From positions 1-37,246 of the IMG/VR virus record IMGVR_UViG_3300029145_000016: a DNA stretch of 37,246 bases. The stretch is one strand, 5' to 3'. Each line of letters opens with the position of its first letter. Within the stretch, counting starts at the first letter, position 1. This document shows, one piece after another, positions 19,157 to 26,812 of the stretch. A program made the position numbers and the translations under genes. Source of the stretch: a virus. Lineage: Duplodnaviria; Caudoviricetes. The notes beneath the pieces were generated by a model. The model saw only the letters and a program-made list of their open reading frames with translations. It did no database searches and was not told the origin of the DNA.

Positions 19157-19420
19157 TTAAGCCTTGAGTGCGCGATATTCCGTGAGAGTTAGGTTGGCTT
19201 TCTTGTTGTTGCATTCCCAGCAGGCGGCGCGGCGGTTTTCAGACACGTCCCGACCTCCGAGGGCAAGCGGGTACACATGGTCAATGGTTGGTGTGTTGCG
19301 CCGTCCGTGCTGTATTTCCATTTCGCGATTGCAGAGATAGCAGCGGCCCTGCTGCTTCTTGAACAGCCGAACCATTTCCGGCTTCCGCTTCTTTTGCCGT
19401 TTCCGGCGCAATGAACTCAT
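19157..19420 (-). CDS. HNH endonuclease (short, McrA-like)
   Basis: QGRCYLC...TIDHVYPLALGG....N...ACWECNNKK. Confidence 0.9.
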   Translation of the reverse strand: MSSLRRKRQKKRKPEMVRLFKKQQGRCYLCNREMEIQHGRRNTPTIDHVYPLALGGRDVSENRRAACWECNNKKANLTLTEYRALKA

Positions 19421-19589
19421 CAGCTTTCCCCAAATCGGTCGCCCTGAATTTGGATAGCGGGCGTCTTGTCCAAATCGGCTGGGGTGACCGGCCCGCCCGT
19501 TGTTCAGACGGTAATGGATGAAGGGTCAGCTTCGCCACGCGGACCGGTCTGTTTCAAGAGCCTGTGCAACACTTGACTTTCCCGCCCCC

Positions 19590-19617
19590 ATTATAGCACG
19601 AAGGGCGGCGCTATCAA
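19590..19617 (-). promoter_or_regulatory. Sigma70-like promoter reading toward the HNH gene
   Basis: TTGATA-N16-TATAAT with a TGn extended -10 (TGCTATAAT). Confidence 0.6.
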
Positions 19618-19752
19618 GCAACCGCCCCCGGCAACGAGAGCCGTATCCGGCGTCTCAATCCTGCGTCCGGCGATCAACCCGGACGGCCCTAGCGGGACTT
19701 AAACGGGGATGCCGAAGCAGAGCCGCCAACATTCCCATGTTATCACAAATCG

Positions 19753-19777
19753 AACCTGCAAGAAATCCTTGCAGGTT
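19753..19777 (-). terminator. Perfect 10-bp hairpin closing the leftward early operon
   Basis: AACCTGCAAG-AAATC-CTTGCAGGTT, 2 nt past the stop at 19780; weak U tract. Confidence 0.5.
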
Positions 19778-19779
19778 GC

Positions 19780-20037
19780 TCAGGTTCGCTTCATCAGGTC
19801 CGCTTCTGCCTCCTGTATCGTCATCTTTTGTTCGTCTGGCACGTTCAGGTCGATCCGAATGTGATCGAGGCCATACCAATTCGGCCCGCGTTCAATCAGA
19901 TCGTGCAAATCTTCCAGTTCCATGATTTCGTGGTCAACATCGACAAGCCCGGCGTCCGTTCGATACCACGCCTTCACCCGCCATCTTGGGCGATCCAGGG
20001 CCTCATTGCTGGCTTTGATGATGTCGTTTCGGTCCAT
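19780..20037 (-). CDS. Hypothetical early protein
   Basis: WYRTDAG...ELEDLHDLIERGPNW motif; last gene of the leftward operon. Confidence 0.65.
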   Translation of the reverse strand: MDRNDIIKASNEALDRPRWRVKAWYRTDAGLVDVDHEIMELEDLHDLIERGPNWYGLDHIRIDLNVPDEQKMTIQEAEADLMKRT

Positions 20038-20096
20038 AACAGTTCTCGCTTTCACTGCGCTCGCACCCAAGGCTCAGGCATACCCGCGCAGGGGTG

Positions 20097-20450
20097 TTAG
20101 TCCCAATCGGTGTTATTGAACAGGCTACTTTCGGCAAGCGCGTTCACCACTTCGGCGGTCCCAACCTTGCGCCCCGGATCAGTAGCTTTGACTGCCCCAT
20201 CCACCCCCCTCACCGCATCCACGACCTCTTGCGGCAGTTCCTCCGGGTGGGCGGCGTAGTAGGTGAGGGCGGCTTGCAGGGTATCTTTGGCATTATCTTC
20301 AAAGATACGCCAAAGGGGCTGCCCCGTCAGCGGGTGATAGTGCCGCTCGGATGTCCAAGCCTCGTCTGGATCGTCATTAGGATCCTCAGAAAGACACAAT
20401 GCCCGTGCCGCCGCCTCCACAGCCCCGTCGCTGATCTTCAAGTCAGTCAT
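20097..20450 (-). CDS. Hypothetical early protein
   Basis: VEAAARALC motif; overlaps the upstream stop. Confidence 0.7.
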   Translation of the reverse strand: MTDLKISDGAVEAAARALCLSEDPNDDPDEAWTSERHYHPLTGQPLWRIFEDNAKDTLQAALTYYAAHPEELPQEVVDAVRGVDGAVKATDPGRKVGTAEVVNALAESSLFNNTDWD

Positions 20451-20742
20451 CCAGCCTCTCCTTCAGGTGGTCGATCATGGCGGTAGCAGCAGCCCGCATA
20501 GGTGCGTGGTCCATGGGCGCATCGTTGGTGTCTGCCTGGCCCCAATAGGCGTCCAGCATACGCTCAACCATGGCGGCGTCGGTCGTGTCGATCCCGTCCA
20601 GCACGGCGCGGATGGCGGCGGCAGCTTCGTACCGCTTCTTTTTCGGAGCCTCGCATTCCGCGCCGCAATGCTCACTCCAGCACACACCACTTGGGCAGCA
20701 GATCGCCCGCGCCACAGCCTCCGTCAGCTTCTCAACGTCCAT
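20443..20742 (-). CDS. Hypothetical early protein
   Basis: AGGAG RBS; EAVARAIC...AAIRA...T.AMV motif. Confidence 0.7.
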   Translation of the reverse strand: MDVEKLTEAVARAICCPSGVCWSEHCGAECEAPKKKRYEAAAAIRAVLDGIDTTDAAMVERMLDAYWGQADTNDAPMDHAPMRAAATAMIDHLKERLDD

Positions 20743-20902
20743 CGTCGCGCTCCTTGTGTTCGCCGCACCAGTTGTGGTCTTCGACTTGTGGGAATTGGAA
20801 ACTTTCTGTTGCAAGGAATCCCGTTGTCCCGACGAATACAGGTGGGTAACGGCGGCATTGGCTCGCGAATTTGAACCGGCATGTCTTACACGTTGCGCGC
20901 AC
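20732..20902 (-). CDS. Small Cys-rich protein (CxxC...CRRYPP...WCGEH)
   Basis: Recurrent phage Cys motif; GTG start with a GGAGG RBS. Confidence 0.65.
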   Translation of the reverse strand: MRATCKTCRFKFASQCRRYPPVFVGTTGFLATESFQFPQVEDHNWCGEHKERDDGR

Positions 20903-21152
20903 GGTTCCGTCCCTCCTTTGTGATGCAGTAGCCCGCCCCGCCAACAGTTCCGTCATCGTGCCAAAGTCCCTTGTGGTACTCAGACAAACCGAGCCGTGCC
21001 AGAAAGCGCACTCGTCGTCGCACTTCCTGCCTACTGAAGCCTGTTTCCAAGGTCAGGAGAGCGAAAGAAACACAAGGCTCCGCGTCTGGATTTGTGTTCG
21101 CATCCAGCGCCGTCAGAACAGTCATGTTTTCAGGCGATAACTGCCTCATCAC
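20886..21152 (-). CDS. Winged-helix-like protein
   Basis: ETGFSRQEVRRRVRFLARLGL...GYCITKEG. Confidence 0.65.
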   Translation of the reverse strand: MMRQLSPENMTVLTALDANTNPDAEPCVSFALLTLETGFSRQEVRRRVRFLARLGLSEYHKGLWHDDGTVGGAGYCITKEGRNRARNV

Positions 21153-21183
21153 TCCCTCCAGTCCAGAGCGTCATAGCGGCCTG

Positions 21184-21366
21184 TCATGCGGCCACCTTTT
21201 CACTGAAGATTTTAACCCGCCCGCAGCGGTCGCAGCGCTGCATCCACGAGTATTTTATCGCGTAAGGCCGTTTGCTGCCGTCAGTTTCGTACAAGGACGC
21301 CTTGTGCAGACTCGTAACGTCGCCCCACTGATGAACCCCCAAAAAGCACTTGAGCCAGCCCATCAC
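21184..21366 (-). CDS. Small hypothetical protein (C..G.H.W...CxxC)
   Basis: KCFLGVHQW and QRCDRCG; coupled to the upstream stop. Confidence 0.65.
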   Translation of the reverse strand: MMGWLKCFLGVHQWGDVTSLHKASLYETDGSKRPYAIKYSWMQRCDRCGRVKIFSEKVAA

Positions 21367-21701
21367 CCCTCTCCCCTTGCCTTGGCGAGCGCGGCGCGGT
21401 TGTTCCCACGCATGATCCCGATACGGGCCAGAAGTTCGTCCCTACCGGCGTTGTCCTTGATCGCCAGTTCGAGCAGGTCCAGGTCAACGCATTCGGCTTC
21501 CAGTTGGCCAGCCAGTTCAGGGGCAGCCGCGATCAGGTGGGCATCCGCTTCGCGCCGGTACGATGGCGGTAACTGACAAACCTCCGGATTGTGTATCAGG
21601 ACTGCCCCACCTGTAGCGGTGGTGTGGGTTATCGGTTGACCTACAACCACTGCGCACAGTTTGGACCGCATTTTCCAAGGCCCCGGCGTCCAGTCACTCA
21701 T
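21363..21701 (-). CDS. Phage early protein with TPGPW...LIAAAPEL motif
   Basis: TPGPW, ADAHLIAAAPEL, AALAKARGE. Confidence 0.8.
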   Translation of the reverse strand: MSDWTPGPWKMRSKLCAVVVGQPITHTTATGGAVLIHNPEVCQLPPSYRREADAHLIAAAPELAGQLEAECVDLDLLELAIKDNAGRDELLARIGIMRGNNRAALAKARGEG

Positions 21702-21940
21702 GCTTCTTCTCCTTCAGGGGGTGGGGGCAGGGGCATCCAGTGGGTGGGGTGGTCTGTCATCAGACGGCGCGATGCCAAGTCCATCCAACCCCATTCGTCA
21801 GCCAACGTTGGACCCCAGAAGCCGAACAGCATCCCAGACTTCTCGACACCTTCACCAGGGGCGACGTACAAAAGCAGGATGATGGCTTTGTCCTTGCCCC
21901 TCGGCGCGTTCTCCATGTCGCTGCGCCATTCAGTCATCAC
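21698..21940 (-). CDS. DUF551-like protein
   Basis: EW...ENAPRG and PTHWMPLPPPP. Confidence 0.8.
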   Translation of the reverse strand: MMTEWRSDMENAPRGKDKAIILLLYVAPGEGVEKSGMLFGFWGPTLADEWGWMDLASRRLMTDHPTHWMPLPPPPEGEEA

Positions 21941-22062
21941 TTCTCTCCATAGTTAACCCACTTCAGGTACAGGTGGCCGCATCTCGGGCATCCATCAGGC
22001 GGTGGGTTCGCTTTCTGGCTCCACGCATGGGAACAGCGCAGGCAGCGGAAACGGGCGGTCAC
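21937..22062 (-). CDS. 41-aa zinc-ribbon protein MTARFRCLRCSHAWSQKANPPPDGCPRCGHLYLKWVNYGEK
   Basis: Read manually. GTG overlaps the stop of the capsid-like gene, GAGG upstream, CxxC-x14-CxxC, and its stop overlaps the next start. Confidence 0.7.
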   Translation of the reverse strand: MTARFRCLRCSHAWSQKANPPPDGCPRCGHLYLKWVNYGEK

Positions 22063-22844
22063 GCCTCTTCACAGGGCATTGTCACCAACCCAAGCGGGTC
22101 GATGGTTACGGCACCTTGCGCCATGTAGTTGTTGATGAAGTGGGCGGCGCGCTCGCCGACCCAGGTGATGTCGCTGGCGACGTCCTTGCCGATGGCGTGG
22201 CCGATGGCGGTGCGGTGATACCAGTGGCAGAGCCGCTTGGACGAGCCGTCCACGGTCAGCCCCGAATGCGGGAACCAAAGCGTGCCCAGCCAGCGCTTGG
22301 CCTGCGTCGACTTCCACGGCAGCTGGTCCGGCCCGACATAGTCGGCGTTGGCGAACTCGGGGATGTCGAGGAGGTCCGACCACTGCTTCCAGCCGATGAC
22401 GGCAAAGCGCTCGCCATCGTCGGGCGCATCGGTCTCGCCCAGGATCTCGAGCGCCTCCAGCACCTTGGCCTTGGTCAGGCCGCCGGTGGTGGTCGCGGTC
22501 AGGTTGGTGGACTTGTCCATCTCGGCGATGATCAGGTCGTCGGTCTTGCGGCCCAGCACGTAGGCCCTGGCGTTCGCCTGGATCTGGCGCTCGTCCGAGT
22601 TGGTCTTGAACTCGTCCAGCTTGTCCACCCAGTCGCCGGCGTAGAAGTCCTTCAGGAAGCACTCCACGGCCTCGTGGGTGACGTTCATGGTGGATGCGAC
22701 ACCATTGCCGACCTTGTGGAAGACGGTCGACGCGCCCTTGATGTTGTTCTGCGTCCGCACGGTATTGCGCAGCTTCGTGCCCTGCCGCTGGTAGGCGTTG
22801 TGGACCGAGGCCGCATATTCTCGGCAGAAGTTTTCATCTTTCAC
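22059..22844 (-). CDS. Second capsid-like protein (T7-type podovirus capsid family), unrelated to the MCP at 3278
   Basis: VHNAYQRQGTKLRNTVR, DFYAGDWVDKLDEFKTN.DER, AYVLGRKTDDLII, QWSDLLDIPEFANADYVG, WYHRTAIGHA, GAVTID; AGGAG RBS 8 nt upstream. Confidence 0.85.
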   Translation of the reverse strand: MKDENFCREYAASVHNAYQRQGTKLRNTVRTQNNIKGASTVFHKVGNGVASTMNVTHEAVECFLKDFYAGDWVDKLDEFKTNSDERQIQANARAYVLGRKTDDLIIAEMDKSTNLTATTTGGLTKAKVLEALEILGETDAPDDGERFAVIGWKQWSDLLDIPEFANADYVGPDQLPWKSTQAKRWLGTLWFPHSGLTVDGSSKRLCHWYHRTAIGHAIGKDVASDITWVGERAAHFINNYMAQGAVTIDPLGLVTMPCEEA

Positions 22845-22855
22845 CTGCTTCTCTC

Positions 22856-23086
22856 CTATTCAGACAAAGGGGTGGGGAATAGGTCGCCCATGGCCTTGCG
22901 GTTCCGTCGCGTCTGAGCCGCGTTCTTCCTTCGCATAGGAGCGTCGTGCCGGTTGTGGCATCGCTGGCATAGCGCTGCCAGATTGTCGTCTGCGCAGTTG
23001 GCAGGGTCTGGGTCGTGCAGATACTCCCATTGCCACGCCACCGCCGCGTCGATCACGGCCTGCTGCTCGGGGGTTAGGTTGGTCAT
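22856..23086 (-). CDS. Chimeric protein carrying only the C-terminal half of an HNH domain
   Basis: HDPDPANCADDNLAALCQRCHNRHD is present, but the N-terminal CxxC is absent. Confidence 0.6.
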   Translation of the reverse strand: MTNLTPEQQAVIDAAVAWQWEYLHDPDPANCADDNLAALCQRCHNRHDAPMRRKNAAQTRRNRKAMGDLFPTPLSE

Positions 23087-23376
23087 TGGGACACCTTCGC
23101 CTTCATCATATCCAGCGCGTCGAACATGGCCCCCATCCTCTTCGTCAGAACAGCGAAGTCGGCTTTTGTCATATGGTCGGGGATGGTTCTGAAGCCGCGC
23201 ATGTGGGCTGGCATCTTCTGTTCAGCTTCAATCTCTTTGCGGCCCTTTTCACTGGCCTCGTTGTAAGCAAAGCCAATCCATGACTGGCCATCTGTGTTCA
23301 TGGTGATCCTGATCATCCGGATCTGGTCTTCACAAACGAACTGATCTTCCAGATGAAACTTCGTGTCGATTTTCAC
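23083..23376 (-). CDS. Hypothetical early protein
   Basis: Coupled at both ends; GGAGG RBS. Confidence 0.65.
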   Translation of the reverse strand: MKIDTKFHLEDQFVCEDQIRMIRITMNTDGQSWIGFAYNEASEKGRKEIEAEQKMPAHMRGFRTIPDHMTKADFAVLTKRMGAMFDALDMMKAKVSQ

Positions 23377-23438
23377 TCGCCCGCCTCCCGTGCTTTGAGC
23401 ATGGCGTCGGCAGGCCCACCGTCTTTCACGTCAGCCAT
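23373..23438 (-). pseudogene. 21-aa remnant MADVKDGGPADAMLKAREAGE of the common phage GGPAFP...ADAML.AR family
   Basis: Read manually. N- and C-terminal family motifs abut directly; GGAGG RBS; stop overlaps the next GTG. Confidence 0.6.
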
Positions 23439-23439
23439 A

Positions 23440-23928
23440 TCACCGGCCCTCCGGTTCCAGAACGGCGGTTGGGGGCCTGAGGGTATCAGGCACAGGTCCG
23501 AGCCATTCAGCGCACAGCGCCATCAACCGTGCCTCACGGTTCGGCCCGTCTTCATCGCCATCCGCGTATTCGTCGAAGTAGGATTCGATTTCGGTCAGAA
23601 TGTCTTCCGCAGCACGTTCGCGCTTTTTCAGACGGGCGTTGTCGGATCGGAGGCCGTCGCGTTCTTCCGCCAGCACGATGTTGGCTTCCTTCACGTACCG
23701 GTATTGCGTGGCAATATCGTTGTAGGCTTCGGTGGCGGCACGATCCCGCGTGATTGACTCTCGCCGATCCGCCTTGGCTTTCTCCAAGTCGGCGAGTAGC
23801 CGTTCGATTTCGTCGTCAACCTCATGGATCGCTTGCCGGGAAACGGTCACCATGACCCCATCCATGTCCGCCGGCTGATAATCCATCAGCGCTTCATGTG
23901 CTGGGCTTCTTTCAACAATGTCAGTCAT
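23440..23928 (-). CDS. Hypothetical coiled-coil early protein
   Basis: MTDIVER start, DEIERL motif; ATGA coupling. Confidence 0.7.
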   Translation of the reverse strand: MTDIVERSPAHEALMDYQPADMDGVMVTVSRQAIHEVDDEIERLLADLEKAKADRRESITRDRAATEAYNDIATQYRYVKEANIVLAEERDGLRSDNARLKKRERAAEDILTEIESYFDEYADGDEDGPNREARLMALCAEWLGPVPDTLRPPTAVLEPEGR

Positions 23929-24311
23929 TGCGCTATCTCCTCGTATTCAGGGGCAGGAAGCACGATCCCGCATTCGTTCGCTGCCCAGCGGTCCACCGCT
24001 TCCATGTACTGGGCCATTTCTGCGACCGTCTTTTCCTTCGTTGACCAGCGTTCAACAATCTGGCCTCGGAACTGTTCGACAATCGGCACGCTCAACGCTT
24101 TCTGAAGCACTTCATGAACCGTTGCCGGGGTTGACCCTTCATGCCTGGCGATAATGCCGATCCACTTCCAATAAAGCCGGTTCTGCCGGAGTGACCGCGT
24201 GTCCTTTAGCGGCCCGATGGTCACGGCTGTCGGCTTGTCCAGAGGCAGGCAAGCAATGCGCTCGGCAATGCGCGCGCGGCTGGCTTCGTCTCGGATGATC
24301 AAGTCAGCCAT
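23925..24311 (-). CDS. ninB: NinB/Orf-family recombination protein
   Basis: RSLRQNRLYWKW...ST....AEMAQYMEAVDRWAA..GIVLP. Confidence 0.8.
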   Translation of the reverse strand: MADLIIRDEASRARIAERIACLPLDKPTAVTIGPLKDTRSLRQNRLYWKWIGIIARHEGSTPATVHEVLQKALSVPIVEQFRGQIVERWSTKEKTVAEMAQYMEAVDRWAANECGIVLPAPEYEEIAQ

Positions 24312-24570
24312 TGCGCATCCGATCTTCCACGGCGTCCAAGGCGGCCTTCAGCGTAGTGTTGAACGCAGCGCGGTGTGTCTTGATCGCCAGAATCTTGTTA
24401 CCGTCACGAATGTGGCCGTCGATCTGGTGCCAGGCTTCGGCGTCTGGGTCATCGACCATCACCGCGCGAACGAATGTTGCCGGGGCGATCTGTGCGACGT
24501 TGAAGGCGATGTTCTTCCAGTCCCGTTCGGACTTCAGAAGTTCAATTGCACGCTTGTAACTGTCAGCCAT
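24304..24570 (-). CDS. Protein with a ribosomal L7/L12 C-terminal-like motif
   Basis: GNKILAIKTHRAAFNTTLKAALDAVE resembles the bL12 CTD pattern KI.AIK..R..TG..LKEAKD.VE. Confidence 0.55.
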   Translation of the reverse strand: MADSYKRAIELLKSERDWKNIAFNVAQIAPATFVRAVMVDDPDAEAWHQIDGHIRDGNKILAIKTHRAAFNTTLKAALDAVEDRMRNG

Positions 24571-24904
24571 TCTTCCATGCCTCATATCTCTCACGGGCCA
24601 GCGCCCGGAATGCGTCTCTCAGAAGGTCGTCAGGTGCTTCACGGCGGAGCATTGAAATCTCCCCGGTCTGGTGGCCACCCGTGTGCAGGTCCGCGCGACA
24701 CGGCAGGGCTTCATCGTCTGTCTTCTTGCCCTTGCCGTGCGTGCCGATGTGCATGGGGACGACTGAAAGATATTCAGTGCCTTCGTCCCCGGTCAGGATG
24801 CAGGGCTGTGTCCGTAGCCATTTCAGGTACTTCGGATCATCGACAGCCATACGGACGCCGAACGCCAGCGCAGCCTTGTTTATGGGTGGGCCGGTGCGGT
24901 TCAT
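24563..24904 (-). CDS. DUF968-like putative HNH nuclease
   Basis: KYLKWLRTQPC...H...GKGKKTDD..LPC...H...H. Confidence 0.7.
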   Translation of the reverse strand: MNRTGPPINKAALAFGVRMAVDDPKYLKWLRTQPCILTGDEGTEYLSVVPMHIGTHGKGKKTDDEALPCRADLHTGGHQTGEISMLRREAPDDLLRDAFRALARERYEAWKNG

Positions 24905-25362
24905 CAGAACGGGAAGTTTTCGCCGTCGCCAACATCCGGACTGGCCCTGTCAAAGCCTTCGCCCCGGCTGTGGTCTGCGTACCCGCCGGATGTATTGGAC
25001 GCGCCGTCCTGCTTGCCGTCCAGCATCTGCAACTCGCCGCGATACCGCTGCAACACGATCTCGGTGGTGTAGCGTTCCTGGCCGTTGTTGTCGGTCCACT
25101 TGCGGGTCGCGATCTGGCCTTCGATGTAGACCTTGGATCCCTTGCGCAGATACTCTTCTGCGACCTTGGCCAGATGCTCGTTGAAGATGACGACGCGGTG
25201 AAATTCAGCCCGTTCCCGGCGTTCCCCGCTGTTGCGATCCTTCCACGTCTCGTTCGTGGCGAGCCTCAGATTGATGACAGGTGACCCGTCATTCATACGC
25301 CTGCACTCTGGATCCTGCGTCAGGTTCCCGATGAGAAGCACACGATTAAGCGAACCGGCCAT
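24904..25362 (-). CDS. ssb: Single-stranded DNA-binding protein
   Basis: MAGSLNRVLLIGNL.QDPE, EFHRVVIFNE, YLRKGSKVYIEGQ, acidic tail ending in PF. Confidence 0.97.
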   Translation of the reverse strand: MAGSLNRVLLIGNLTQDPECRRMNDGSPVINLRLATNETWKDRNSGERRERAEFHRVVIFNEHLAKVAEEYLRKGSKVYIEGQIATRKWTDNNGQERYTTEIVLQRYRGELQMLDGKQDGASNTSGGYADHSRGEGFDRASPDVGDGENFPF

Positions 25363-25876
25363 TTGCTTTCCTTTCACGTTCCCGCCCTGCAAGGGCATCT
25401 TCAAATCTGTGCAGCCGCGTGTGTCCGCTGCGGGTCACAAGCGCCAAGTTGTTTTCGTCGTTGTTGGTGCGGTCGCCGTCGATGTGATGAACGCACTCAT
25501 CAGGGCGAAGCGACCGCCCTAGCCGGGCTTCCATGGTGACGGCATGGACGGTCTTGCCTTTGTTGGGGCCGCGTGTGATTTCAAGGTAGCCATTAGGCTT
25601 GAGGGATGTGCCCTTGGCGTTCTTGTCGCCCCACGCCCTCCTGCCTTTGCTGATATTTTCACACCACTCAGGGGTAAATTTCCGCTTACGGCCCTTGCCC
25701 TTGCTCAACCGGCCCTTTCGTGCTGCGATCTTCATGCTCTCAGAACGAGTCCGTAGAATGCCCAAGCGCTTGAACCTGTGCCGCAGCGTTGATCTGGCGA
25801 TCCCCGTCATTTCAGCAATCTCGGGGATACTGTGCCCTTCGATATACAGCCGGGCCTCTGGCGGCACGTCGCTCAT
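25346..25876 (-). CDS. HNH homing endonuclease with N-terminal HTH
   Basis: SIPEIAEMTGIARSTL HTH; MEARLGRSL...ECVHHIDGDRTNN...NL; sits between the annealing gene and ssb. Confidence 0.85.
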   Translation of the reverse strand: MSDVPPEARLYIEGHSIPEIAEMTGIARSTLRHRFKRLGILRTRSESMKIAARKGRLSKGKGRKRKFTPEWCENISKGRRAWGDKNAKGTSLKPNGYLEITRGPNKGKTVHAVTMEARLGRSLRPDECVHHIDGDRTNNDENNLALVTRSGHTRLHRFEDALAGRERERKANGRFA

Positions 25877-26532
25877 GCCGGAACCTTCCTTTCGAGTGCT
25901 TCTTTCAGCTTGTCTTTCAGATCTGAGACCATGCCGCCCTGTGCTTTGGACAGCGCCTTGAATGCGTCGTGGGTGCAGATGTTCTTCCACTGGTCCCGGA
26001 GCCGCCCGAGTGCGACCGTGGCGTCTGCATCAGACATGCGCTGGGCCTCTGTCGTGTCGCGCACACCAACCGCGCTCAGAAGGTCGCGCTGCATGGCCAT
26101 GACGTCATCGTTCGGGGTGTCCGTGGACGCTGGCTGATCGCCGGGCTTGAATTCGTCCGCCTCATCTTCCGAGTAGACCAAGCCCTGCAAGCCGATCAGC
26201 TTCAGAATCACGCGGTCCTTCGCGCGCTTCTCAGCCATCGCGAACGGGTACGCAGGCTGCTTGCCCTTCACGGTGTAGTTCTGGTTGATGACGGCCTCGC
26301 CAATCGACCATTCGGAACGGTCACCGAGACTGCCCTTGACCAGAATTGCGGCGGCGGACTTCTCAGCGACAAGAACCTGGGGCGTGTCGTAAGCGATGCC
26401 GGTTTTCGCCGCGATCTGTTCCAGAACCCGGTGATAAACCACCCAGGTCCCGTGGCAGTCCCAAACCGCGTTGCGGTCGAACCCATGCGCTTTCAGTGTA
26501 TCCGCGATTGCGGGGTCAAGCTGTCGGGGCAT
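25873..26532 (-). CDS. Putative single-strand annealing/recombination protein (Sak/Rad52-like)
   Basis: YPFAMAEKRAKDRVILKLIGL.GLVYSEDEADEF motif; located upstream of ssb. Confidence 0.6.
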   Translation of the reverse strand: MPRQLDPAIADTLKAHGFDRNAVWDCHGTWVVYHRVLEQIAAKTGIAYDTPQVLVAEKSAAAILVKGSLGDRSEWSIGEAVINQNYTVKGKQPAYPFAMAEKRAKDRVILKLIGLQGLVYSEDEADEFKPGDQPASTDTPNDDVMAMQRDLLSAVGVRDTTEAQRMSDADATVALGRLRDQWKNICTHDAFKALSKAQGGMVSDLKDKLKEALERKVPA

Positions 26533-26812
26533 ACAAGTTCTCCTTCCCCACTGCGTCGAGATAAAGGGTTGCGGCGGCGTGGAAGTCGCTCACACGCTGC
26601 CCATAGTTCCAGACGTTCATCACCGGGGCGGCCTGACCGAATACGGAAGCTGTCAGAGCGTCCTTCCAGCCATGCCGCAGGGCGTGCGCGCCGAGTTCGT
26701 GACGTTCGATGCGGGCGGGCAGCCACGGGCCACCACGGTACGCCCTGACAACGAAGTCACCGGGTTCCGGGCTGTCGATGACCCGTTCCTGATAGGGACG
26801 GTCCAGGATCAT
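26516..26812 (-). CDS. Hypothetical early protein
   Basis: PEPGDF...RGGPWLPARI motif; ATGA coupling. Confidence 0.7.
   Translation of the reverse strand: MILDRPYQERVIDSPEPGDFVVRAYRGGPWLPARIERHELGAHALRHGWKDALTASVFGQAAPVMNVWNYGQRVSDFHAAATLYLDAVGKENLYAPTA

Noticed and set aside
19281-19538. 85-aa minus-strand ORF downstream of the 19590 promoter
   Set aside because: No RBS, overlaps the HNH out of frame, no motif; cannot be fully excluded.
22002-22916. 304-aa plus-strand ORF
   Set aside because: Shadow of the capsid-like gene; no RBS or motif and against the operon direction.
24199-25284. 361-aa plus-strand ORF
   Set aside because: Antisense to ssb and its neighbours, which have clear motifs.
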